From Armatimonadota bacterium (GTDB lineage: Bacteria; Armatimonadota; Zipacnadia; Zipacnadales; UBA5352): a stretch of DNA of 29,404 nucleotides. The DNA lies in assembly GCA_034722055.1 (NCBI GenBank), contig JAYENL010000201.1, positions 1-29,404 of the forward strand, read 5' to 3'. Shown here in pieces: positions 9,744 through 17,476 of this stretch. The position numbers and the translations under genes were made by a program. Position 1 is the stretch's first letter. Each line of letters begins with the position of its first letter. The notes under the pieces are model-generated. The model worked only from the letters and a program-made list of their open reading frames with translations, did not search any database and was not told the DNA's origin.

Positions 9744-10367
9744 ATGTTTCACGTGAAACAATCTGCGATGGAGCATCAGATTGCAGAGAGCGGCCTTCAG
9801 CCGACGCAGGAGCAGCTTGAGCGGCTGGAGCAGGCTGCCGCGTGGCTGGCGCGTGTCGCGGAGGCGTCAGGGCTCTCCGCCTACGAATCGCCGAAAGAGG
9901 CCTGGCAGCGCGGTATGGCGCCCGCATTGGCCTACTTCAGCCTCTCTGAGGCGCCGCGCAACGGGACTCTTGTGGATCTCGGGGCTGGGAGCGGCGCTCT
10001 GGGTGCAACCATCGCGATTCTGGAGCGGAATCTGCGGGTTGACCTTGTGGATCGGGCGGAAAAGGCGTATACTGCCTGCGAGCTGCTCGTCGCGCGTCTG
10101 GAACTCCGGAATCTGCGAGCGCGGCGGCTGGACGCGGCCGAGGCACGGGGCGAGGGCTATAACGCGGCTGTTTTCCGCGCGGTTGCCGCAGGCGAGCAGG
10201 CCCTGGCGCTGGCCACGCGCATGGTCCGGCCCACTGGATTCATCGGCGCATACCACCGGCGGGGAGACCGCGCCTTCACGGATGACGTAGAGCTTCAGGG
10301 ACTCACGGTGCTGCGGACCGTAGGCACCACTGTGCCCGGCCTCGCGCTGACCGGCTATCGGACCTGA
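9744..10367 (+). CDS. rsmG: 16S rRNA m7G methyltransferase RsmG/GidB-like (divergent)
   Basis: SAM motif VDLGAGSG, FRAVA motif, position directly upstream of parA-parB; AGGAGGAGG RBS at 9727-9735. Confidence 0.72.
   Translation: MFHVKQSAMEHQIAESGLQPTQEQLERLEQAAAWLARVAEASGLSAYESPKEAWQRGMAPALAYFSLSEAPRNGTLVDLGAGSGALGATIAILERNLRVDLVDRAEKAYTACELLVARLELRNLRARRLDAAEARGEGYNAAVFRAVAAGEQALALATRMVRPTGFIGAYHRRGDRAFTDDVELQGLTVLRTVGTTVPGLALTGYRT
9745..9760. promoter_or_regulatory. parS site 3 (overlaps rsmG start)
   Basis: Perfect TGTTTCACGTGAAACA. Confidence 0.96.
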
Positions 10368-10370
10368 CAG

Positions 10371-10403
10371 GTTTCCACAGCGTGTGGAAAACCCTGTGGA
10401 ATA
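10371..10403. promoter_or_regulatory. Three DnaA-box-like motifs between rsmG and parA
   Basis: GTTTCCACA 10371-10379, TGTGGAAAA 10383-10391, TGTGGAATA 10395-10403, each 3 bp apart. Confidence 0.7.
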
Positions 10404-10447
10404 TGTTGGCGTTGCCACCGTCGGCGGCTGCAGTGGAGGGATTCCGG

Positions 10448-11224
10448 GTGGCTCGGACGTATGCAATGGTGAATCAGAAGGGCGGGGTGGCGAAGACCAC
10501 GTCGGTCGTGAATCTGGCCGCCGTGGGAGCATTGGAGGGCAAGTCCGTCCTGGTGGTGGATGCAGACGCCCAGGGGAACGCCACCAGCGGCTTGGGCATC
10601 AGCCGGGACGAGATCGAATACTGCCTCTACGATCTGATTACCCGCGTGGACGGCGATGCCAACCCCGCCATCGACGAGGTCATCTTGACCACAGCCACGC
10701 CGAACCTCGACTGCCTGCCGGCGACCATAGACCTGGCTGGGGCACAGTTGGCCCTCGCGAACGTCATCTCGCGCGAGATGCGGCTGCGGCGGGTCCTGGA
10801 GCCGATCCGCTCGGCCTACGACATCATCATCATCGACACGGCGCCATCGCTGGGCCTGCTGACCATTAACGCTCTGGCGGCGGCTGACCAGGTTCTCATC
10901 CCTATGCAGTGCGAATACTACGCTATGGAGGGGCTGACGCAGCTACTGCAGATCATCTCCATGGTGCAGGCGGAGATCAACCCTGGCCTGACCATCGCGG
11001 GGGCCATCCTGACCATGTACGATGCGCGGACGAATCTGGCGGAGGAGGTTGCCGAGGAGGTGCGGACCAACTTCCCGGCCCGCACCTTCCAGGCGAAGAT
11101 CCCCCGGAATGTGCGCCTGGCAGAGGCGCCCAGCCGCGGCCTGCCGGCCGTGATCTACGATAAGCACTGCCCGGGCTCCGCAGCATACCGCAGGCTCTAC
11201 TGGGAGGTTTTCGAAGATGCGTAA
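10448..11224 (+). CDS. parA: Chromosome partitioning ATPase ParA/Soj
   Basis: NQKGGVAKTT deviant Walker A, DADAQGNATSGLG, IDTAPSLGLLT, IPRNVRLAEAPS; GTG start after GGAGGG. Confidence 0.96.
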   Translation: MARTYAMVNQKGGVAKTTSVVNLAAVGALEGKSVLVVDADAQGNATSGLGISRDEIEYCLYDLITRVDGDANPAIDEVILTTATPNLDCLPATIDLAGAQLALANVISREMRLRRVLEPIRSAYDIIIIDTAPSLGLLTINALAAADQVLIPMQCEYYAMEGLTQLLQIISMVQAEINPGLTIAGAILTMYDARTNLAEEVAEEVRTNFPARTFQAKIPRNVRLAEAPSRGLPAVIYDKHCPGSAAYRRLYWEVFEDA

Positions 11225-12122
11225 GAAGGCGCTTGGACGAGGGTTGAGCGAGCTCATCTCGGGAGAGGCGCTGGCGCGCACCCGCTCGGTGCTGGAGGTG
11301 AGCGTGGACAAGCTGGAGCCCAATCCGTTCCAGCCGCGCCATGGGCTGAATGAGGAGTCACTGGAGGAGCTGACGCTCTCAATTGAGGCGCACGGCGTGG
11401 TGCAGCCTGTGGTCGTGCGGCAGGCGGAGGAGCCGGAGGTCTTCCAGATCATCGCGGGGGAGAGGCGGTGGCGGGCGGCGAAACGCGCCGGGCTCCAGAC
11501 AGTTCCGTGCGTGGTGCAGGAGGCGGACGACGAGAAGACCCTGGAGCTGGCGCTGGTCGAGAATCTGCAGCGCGACGACCTCGGTCCCCTGGAGACGGCC
11601 GAAGGCTTCAGATACCTCATTGATGAGTTCGGGCTGACGCAGGAGCAGCTCTCCGAGCAGCTCGGGAGGAGCAGGTCAGCGATCGCCAATATCCTGCGGC
11701 TGCTGGACCTGCCGGAGGCCATGAAGCAGGCGCTGGCCGATGGGAGGATCACCCAGGGCCACGCCCGAGCGCTGCTGGCACTCGCCTCGGAGCCGGGGAG
11801 GATGGAGGCGCTGTTCGCCCGCATCGAGGAGGAGGGCCTGACCGTTCGGGAGACGGAGGAGCTGGTGCGGGCCGAGCCGGAGCCGCAGCCTGAGGAGGAG
11901 CCCGAGGCTGAGGAGCCCGCGGCCCCTCAGCCCAGCGATCCGCACATCGAGGAGGTCAAGAGGCGGCTCCGGGACCGGCTGGGGACCAAGGTGACCGTGC
12001 TGCCACGGTCCAAGGGCGGCGGCAGCATCCACATCACCTACCACGACGCGGAGGACCTGGACCGGATCCTGTCGCTCATCGCGCCCTCGGGCCCGAGGAG
12101 CTATACCCGGCTGAATGAGTAA
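11217..12122 (+). CDS. parB: Chromosome partitioning CTPase ParB/Spo0J
   Basis: KKALGRGL N-terminus, NPFQPR, AGERRWRA, ENLQRDDL, HTH RSRSAIANILRLL; overlaps parA stop (ATGCGTAA). Confidence 0.96.
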   Translation: MRKKALGRGLSELISGEALARTRSVLEVSVDKLEPNPFQPRHGLNEESLEELTLSIEAHGVVQPVVVRQAEEPEVFQIIAGERRWRAAKRAGLQTVPCVVQEADDEKTLELALVENLQRDDLGPLETAEGFRYLIDEFGLTQEQLSEQLGRSRSAIANILRLLDLPEAMKQALADGRITQGHARALLALASEPGRMEALFARIEEEGLTVRETEELVRAEPEPQPEEEPEAEEPAAPQPSDPHIEEVKRRLRDRLGTKVTVLPRSKGGGSIHITYHDAEDLDRILSLIAPSGPRSYTRLNE

Positions 12123-12356
12123 CAGACATACGATTCGCAGTGCGATAAGTCCCAATACATCACGAGCCAAATCACCGATCTGCGACCGAGCTCACCTAGG
12201 GCGCGACGGGTGAGCGCTGTGAGCCGGGTACCGAGGACGCAAAGCACCAGGGACCGCCACCTCGCCACGACGCGCTTGCGTCCGTCGCCTCCATCGCCCT
12301 GGCTACAGGAGCCTCACCTGAGGCTCCCCGACTCCTCCCGCATACGGAGAACGGCC

Positions 12357-12385
12357 GGCGGGCTGGGCAGCCCGCCGCTGCGTAC
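12357..12385 (-). repeat. REP-like palindrome family A
   Basis: Reverse complement GTACGCAGC-GGCGGGCT-GCCC-AGCCCGCC. Confidence 0.8.
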
Positions 12386-12639
12386 GACATAGCGGCACGC
12401 GATGCCCAGAACGGCCGGCGGGTGCAAAGACGCGCCCGCGCGGGACCGACGACGGCAGCCCGCGCGCCCGGCACAAACCGACAATCCAAGGACGCACCCG
12501 TGGAGGGCGGCAGGGGGCGCCGGATTGCGGGCTTGGGCAGCAAGGGGCGCTTCGCTGACGCGCGGCAGCCTCGGTGATGGTGGTCGCGAGAGTGGGGGAC
12601 AGGCGGCATATGCGAAGGCCGTGGCAAGGGGGACGGCAG

Positions 12640-12909
12640 ATGGGCCAGAAGGACCCTGAGGAGCGGAATTACGTCGGCGCGGCGGTCCTGACCTGCGTCC
12701 TGTACTACGTTGGTTTGTGGCTGATCGGCCTGATCGTGAACATCATCTATCTCAGCGATGCCCGCAGGCACGCCGCGATGACCGGGCGGTCGCCATCGGG
12801 CACGGGCTGTCTGTGGATCGTCCTGGCGGTGCACATCGCGCTGCCGCTGATCGCAGTCGTGGCAATGCTCCTGTCGATGTTTGGCGAACGGCTGTTCGCT
12901 TTCAACTGA
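12640..12909 (+). CDS. Small hypothetical membrane protein
   Basis: AAGGGGG RBS, 89 aa, two to three hydrophobic segments. Confidence 0.7.
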   Translation: MGQKDPEERNYVGAAVLTCVLYYVGLWLIGLIVNIIYLSDARRHAAMTGRSPSGTGCLWIVLAVHIALPLIAVVAMLLSMFGERLFAFN

Positions 12910-12922
12910 CGCGCTCCGCGTG

Positions 12923-14002
12923 TCACTCCGCTGCATCAGAGGACTCTGATGCTGACGGCTCGCCCTCCTCGGCGCCCGACGTCACCTTGAAGCCCGCGGA
13001 GGCGAGCGGCTCCGGCTCGTCGCCGAGGTGGACGGCGACGCGGTAGCGGCCCTGGGGCAGCTCACCCCCTGCTGCGTCCAGCCAGGCGTTGGTCCAGCCC
13101 CTGGCCGCGGTCACAGCCAGCTCCGTTCGAGCGTCCTCAAGCTCCGTGCCCTGGCAGTACCAGCGGACGATGAACACCGAGCCCGGCACCACGCCATCGT
13201 AGCGGAACACAGCATGGATGCGACGGACGCTCGACTGAAACTCGAAGGCAGGGCGGATGGGGCTGCCGTCGTCGGAGACGTCGGCGGCGAGCTGAAGGCT
13301 GCGGATGACCGAGGGGCCGTGGGGCTCGCCGCCGCCCGCGAGGATCTTCGCCGTCTCCGGCAGCGCCACAAAGCTGCCGCGGGCCCAAGCATCCGGGTAG
13401 CCGGGACTGGTCAGCTCCACCTCGTAGATGCCGGGCGGGAACGTGGCCTGATCCGCGTCCGTGCCGCGCTCGCCGGGCTCGTGCTCGGCGCCGGGTGGGA
13501 TGATGGTGAAGCGCCCGGCCGCCCGCTCAGACTCCCCGGTGCGCTGGTGGTCACGAAGCGGCAGGTCGCCCAGCGGCTCACCCTCATGCCACCAGCGGCT
13601 CTCCACCTCCGCCTCCGGCGACGTGCCGGCGAGCTCGTAGAAGCAGAAGATCTCGGCGGTCTCGGCGGGGATGAGGTCGGGCGTGTGCGCGGGACGCTGT
13701 GGAGTGGGGGAGAAGAGGACGCGATTCTCGACCTCCCCAACCGGCGCAAGCTCAGCCGCAGGCCGCTCCGGAGGCTCCTGGCCTTCCCGCTGGCTCACCA
13801 CATAGGCCACGCCTGCGCCAAGCAGCGCGCCGAGGATCGCCAGCAGGCAGCCGATGGCAACGGAGCGACGCCGCAGCGACCGACGCCTCGGGGACGGGGC
13901 CTCCGGTTCCAGCTCCGGGCGGGCCTCATCGGCGCCGATCTCACCGATGACCTGCTCGTCGCGCTGCTGTTTCTCGTTGTCCTGACGCGGCTGGTCGTTC
14001 AC
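12923..14002 (-). CDS. Single-pass membrane protein with two repeated beta-sandwich-like domains
   Basis: Arg-rich segment plus TM helix; two similar blocks (FCFYEL..RWWHEG..PPGIYEVEL and HAVFRY..RWYCQG..PQGRYRVAV). Confidence 0.75.
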   Translation of the reverse strand: MNDQPRQDNEKQQRDEQVIGEIGADEARPELEPEAPSPRRRSLRRRSVAIGCLLAILGALLGAGVAYVVSQREGQEPPERPAAELAPVGEVENRVLFSPTPQRPAHTPDLIPAETAEIFCFYELAGTSPEAEVESRWWHEGEPLGDLPLRDHQRTGESERAAGRFTIIPPGAEHEPGERGTDADQATFPPGIYEVELTSPGYPDAWARGSFVALPETAKILAGGGEPHGPSVIRSLQLAADVSDDGSPIRPAFEFQSSVRRIHAVFRYDGVVPGSVFIVRWYCQGTELEDARTELAVTAARGWTNAWLDAAGGELPQGRYRVAVHLGDEPEPLASAGFKVTSGAEEGEPSASESSDAAE

Positions 14003-14042
14003 ACGGCATGCTCCCAGCTCTTGGGACTATAGCTCCTAAGGC

Positions 14043-14837
14043 TCAGATCGCGCTGAAGCGCTCGACCCACTTGCTCAGTCCGGTCTCCACCGGCTCGATA
14101 TCCTGGATCTCATACTCCAGAGCGTAGTCGCCGTCGTAGCCGATGCCCTCCAGAGCGTCCACCACCCAGGCGGGGTCCACGTCGCCGTCGCCAAGGTGGG
14201 TGCGCTCGAAGGCAGCGTCGGTGCGGCGTCCATCCTTGACGTGGACGTGCACGATCCACTGGGAGAACACCTCGAATGCCTCCCGGTAGTCAACGCCTGC
14301 GTGCAGCAGGTTACACGGCTCGTAGAGCACGCCGAAGTGCGGTGAGCCCACGGCCCGGCAGAGGCGGAGGGCGTGCTCGGGGTCACCCGCGATGCTGCCG
14401 CCGTGGTTCTCCATGCCCAGATAGACGCCCCTGCTCTCGGCGTAGTCGGCGCTCTCCGCCATGAGCGGGGCGATCTCGTCGATGACGGCGGGGTCCTCGC
14501 CCCTCCCGGGGAGGACGCGGATGGAGCGGGCGCCGAGGCGATCAGCGGCGTCGATGGTGTCCTTCATGCGCGCGAGCTCGTCCCGGCGCACGTTCTCATC
14601 GTCGGAGGCAAAGCCGGCGCCGGGGTAGGTGCCGAGGTTGGCGATGGCGACGCCGATGCGCCGTGCCCCGGCCTGGATCTCAGCGACCGCCTCCTCGTTG
14701 GCATCCTCAGGGAAGTGCGGCTCGCGGCCCCAGAGGTCGGCCTTGTGCAGGCCCGAGTCAGCGAGGACGCGCAGGGCGTAGTCCCACGGCTTCTCACGCA
14801 GCGGGTAGGTGCAGGCGGAGATTCTGCTCAGCTCCAT
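14043..14837 (-). CDS. Sugar phosphate isomerase/epimerase (xylose-isomerase-like TIM barrel)
   Basis: LGMENH, HVHVKD, LGDGDVD, GYDGDYALEYE; GAGGAGGG RBS. Confidence 0.9.
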   Translation of the reverse strand: MELSRISACTYPLREKPWDYALRVLADSGLHKADLWGREPHFPEDANEEAVAEIQAGARRIGVAIANLGTYPGAGFASDDENVRRDELARMKDTIDAADRLGARSIRVLPGRGEDPAVIDEIAPLMAESADYAESRGVYLGMENHGGSIAGDPEHALRLCRAVGSPHFGVLYEPCNLLHAGVDYREAFEVFSQWIVHVHVKDGRRTDAAFERTHLGDGDVDPAWVVDALEGIGYDGDYALEYEIQDIEPVETGLSKWVERFSAI

Positions 14838-14990
14838 CAGTGGCCCTCCTCGCGGCAGGTGCAGGACATGGCGGACAGTGGTAGTTTCGCGTCAGCGCTC
14901 ACCAGGTCCTCCGTGGCGATTCCGTCAAGCGGAATCCACTCGGCCTGGAAGCTGAGGTCCAGCCCGCCCTGAATGGGACGGCAGACGGCG

Positions 14991-15014
14991 CACGGACAGG
15001 AGTGCCCGTGCCAC
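14991..15014 (-). repeat. GTGG-headed REP (second copy)
   Basis: One mismatch to the reverse complement of 18907-18930, with similar flanks. Confidence 0.75.
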
Positions 15015-15181
15015 GGAACGGCAGAGGGCAAACGGCCAGCAGGTCAGAAAGGGCGCCGCGGTGCCGGATGAGGACGGTTGCGGGGGGCCAGGAGCGGACG
15101 ATCGGAGCACGCATCCGATTCGTTCTGCTCACTCACCGGGAGGTGGCCTGCTGTCCTCGAGCCAGGCTGCAGGCGGCCGGC

Positions 15182-16813
15182 TCAGTCGCTGACCGGGAGG
15201 TAGATGGAGAAGTCCGAACCGTGGCCGACCTCGCTCTCCACCTCGATGCGGCCGCCGTGCAGCTCGACGACTCTGCGAGCCAGGTAGAGGCCCAGGCCGA
15301 TGCCACGCTCCCGATTGCCCTGGCCCTCGTCGGCAGCGCGGGCGAACTGCTCGAAGATGATGTCCTTGGTCTCGGGCGGGATCCCGCAGCCGGTGTCGGA
15401 GACGGTCACCCGCACGTGTCCGTCGGCTTGGGCGGCGGTGAGGCGCACCTCGCCGCCGGGGTCGGTGAACTTGAGGGCGTTGTCGCACAGGTTGTGCAGG
15501 ACATCCTCCATACGGTTACGGTCCACGTGGACGGGAGGGAGGGGCTCGTCGAGCTCGGTCTGCACCGAGAGGCTCTTCTCGGCCGCACGCAGCTCGAGGG
15601 ACCTGGCGACGCGGCGCACGGTCTCGGAGATCTCCACCTCGCTGAGCTCAAGCTGGAAGCTGCCCTGGTCGAGGGCGGCGAGGTCCAGGAACTGACCGAC
15701 GAGTCGGAGCATGCGGTCGGTCTCTTCATCCAGGATGCCCACCAGGCGCGTGGTGTTATCGTCGGTGAGGCGGCCGGCGAGCTCGCCGAAGACCTGAGAG
15801 ATCATCTTGAGCGTGGTCAGGGGGGATCGTATCTCATGCGAGAGGAAGCGGACGCCGCTCTCGCGGGCGCGGGCGATGGTCTTGAGGTCAGTGATATCCT
15901 GGCAGATGATCAGCCAGCCGGCGCCGCGACCCGATGCGCCCAGCCGCACCGCGTAGATGCGCAGGTCAAGCCTCTCATCGGCCTCCACCTGGATGTCCTC
16001 GATGGAGCGCACGGGGGCGCCATCCGGGTCCGTGGCAGTGCCCGTGATGGTGCGGAGGGCATCGAACTGCCGGTCCTCGGGGAGGTCGCGGACATCCAGG
16101 CCGATGGTGTCATCCATGCTCAGGCCGGTGAAGCGCTCCAGGGGCGGGTTCACCAGGCGTATGTGACCGGAGGCGTCGATAAGGATGACGGCCTCTGACA
16201 TGTGCCTGATGACCAGCTCGTTGGTGCGCCGCTCGCGCTCCAGCACCAGGGTGATGGTATAGGAGACCCAGGCGACGGCGAGAAGGGCGAAGAGGGAGCC
16301 CAGCAGTCGCCAGGTCATGGCAGCGTTCACGGGCTGCGCGAAGGCGTAGGCGACGTTGAGCATGGCGACGATGCCCGTCGCTATGGCCACGGCGTAGGCC
16401 AGGAGCCCGAAGAAGCCCGAGCCGAAGACGATGGGGAGCAGGAGCAGGGCCAGGAAGGGGCTGTAGAGCCCACCGGTGCCCCAGACGAAGAGGCCGATCC
16501 AGGCGATGTCGCCGATGAGGACGACTCCGGCGGCGTTGAGCAGGTTCCCGTTGGTGCGCAGATCATCCCAGCGCGCGGCATAGCGCGTCCACAGGGTCAG
16601 GAAGACACCAACGATGAGCGCAGTATAAACAGCCAGTCGGCTGCCCAGGTACTCCGGGGTGCTCAGGGCCACCACCAGCATGAGGATGAGCATCGCCGCG
16701 CGGACGTTGTCAACGCCGCGCAGGATGGAGAGTTCGAAGAACGCGTCAGCCGGCGGCTCACGCTCGGGTAGGGGCTCCGCCGGCGCCTCTCGTGCAACCT
16801 GCGCCTCAGCCAT
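15182..16813 (-). CDS. Membrane sensor histidine kinase (multi-TM, PAS, HisKA, HATPase)
   Basis: SHEIRSPL H-box, NLCDNALKFT N-box, DTGCGI, GIGLGL; GGGGAGG RBS before ATG 16813. Confidence 0.93.
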   Translation of the reverse strand: MAEAQVAREAPAEPLPEREPPADAFFELSILRGVDNVRAAMLILMLVVALSTPEYLGSRLAVYTALIVGVFLTLWTRYAARWDDLRTNGNLLNAAGVVLIGDIAWIGLFVWGTGGLYSPFLALLLLPIVFGSGFFGLLAYAVAIATGIVAMLNVAYAFAQPVNAAMTWRLLGSLFALLAVAWVSYTITLVLERERRTNELVIRHMSEAVILIDASGHIRLVNPPLERFTGLSMDDTIGLDVRDLPEDRQFDALRTITGTATDPDGAPVRSIEDIQVEADERLDLRIYAVRLGASGRGAGWLIICQDITDLKTIARARESGVRFLSHEIRSPLTTLKMISQVFGELAGRLTDDNTTRLVGILDEETDRMLRLVGQFLDLAALDQGSFQLELSEVEISETVRRVARSLELRAAEKSLSVQTELDEPLPPVHVDRNRMEDVLHNLCDNALKFTDPGGEVRLTAAQADGHVRVTVSDTGCGIPPETKDIIFEQFARAADEGQGNRERGIGLGLYLARRVVELHGGRIEVESEVGHGSDFSIYLPVSD

Positions 16814-16984
16814 GATTATGGTCCTCCCCAACTGCGATGAAAGCTGCCTCTCTGCAGCGACCAGCCGACGTCCGCCACACTCCCACAGCGTCAGTGAGCG
16901 CCACCGCGGCGGCTGCAAGACGCGACAGGCGCAGTGCCTCCGCCGCCGGTGAGCTCAAGGACCTCTGCGCAGCATGACAGTTGG
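16814..16984 (-). ncRNA. Candidate structured 5' leader / cis-regulatory RNA
   Basis: Ends pair (CCAACUG/CAGUUGG) and enclose two internal hairpins; lies between a consensus promoter and the kinase RBS. Confidence 0.4.
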
Positions 16985-16989
16985 TGCGC

Positions 16990-17018
16990 ATTATAGCAGG
17001 GCGTGTGCCTGCCGTCAA
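16990..17018 (-). promoter_or_regulatory. sigma70-type promoter of the histidine kinase transcript
   Basis: TTGACG-N17-TATAAT with TGn extended -10. Confidence 0.85.
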
Positions 17019-17034
17019 CTTCCTGTGCCCCGCT

Positions 17035-17317
17035 GGCAGCATCCAGATTCGTGTGCCTGTCCTCTGTACTGATGTACTGACGCCGCCGATGCCCGCGGAG
17101 GGGCCGCCTGAGGAGCGCATGCCCTTTATGCGCGACGAAGCCCGCGACCCCCACGAGACAGCGTCGCGAGGCGCTGCTCCGAACGGCGAACGGCCGGGCC
17201 GGCTTCGGCTCCAGCAAACCACGCTGGAGCCTCAGGCGGCCCCTCCCCTACTACCACCGGCATTCCGACAGTCCGCTCCGCGGCCCTCGCGCTGGGCACA
17301 CGAATCTGGATGCTGCC
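17035..17317. mobile_element. MITE (non-autonomous IS; Mutator-like IS256/ISLre2-type ends)
   Basis: Perfect 23-bp TIRs GGCAGCATCCAGATTCGTGTGCC (17035-17057 and 17295-17317); 9-bp direct repeat TGCCCCGCT (17026-17034, 17318-17326); no transposase. Confidence 0.9.
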
Positions 17318-17476
17318 TGCCCCGCTCCCGATGGCCCGGCCAGCCTTGGGGCCATGTACCATAATGGGCGGCGCGGCGTATTGTTACCGCACAGGGACAG
17401 GAATGCTCCGCGATGGCCACAGGCTCCTGCGGGAAGCGCACGGCTGGGGCCCCTGCAGGGCAGCCGCGCCGGCGGG

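Noticed and set aside
8650..9927. Small ORFs in the parS region containing VSRET/MFHVKH
   Set aside because: These peptides are just translations of the parS palindrome; only the rsmG frame has an RBS and a domain
10475..10503. ParA Walker A KGGVAKT as an inactivating change
   Set aside because: Both lysines are intact, and G-to-A at this position is a common natural variant
16828..16984. Assignment of the leader to lysine, SAM-I, glycine, cobalamin or c-di-AMP riboswitch, or SRP RNA
   Set aside because: Diagnostic conserved motifs of these families were not found by eye
17354..17365. Plus-strand CATAAT -10 element antisense to serS
   Set aside because: No plausible -35 at 16-18 bp and no downstream gene
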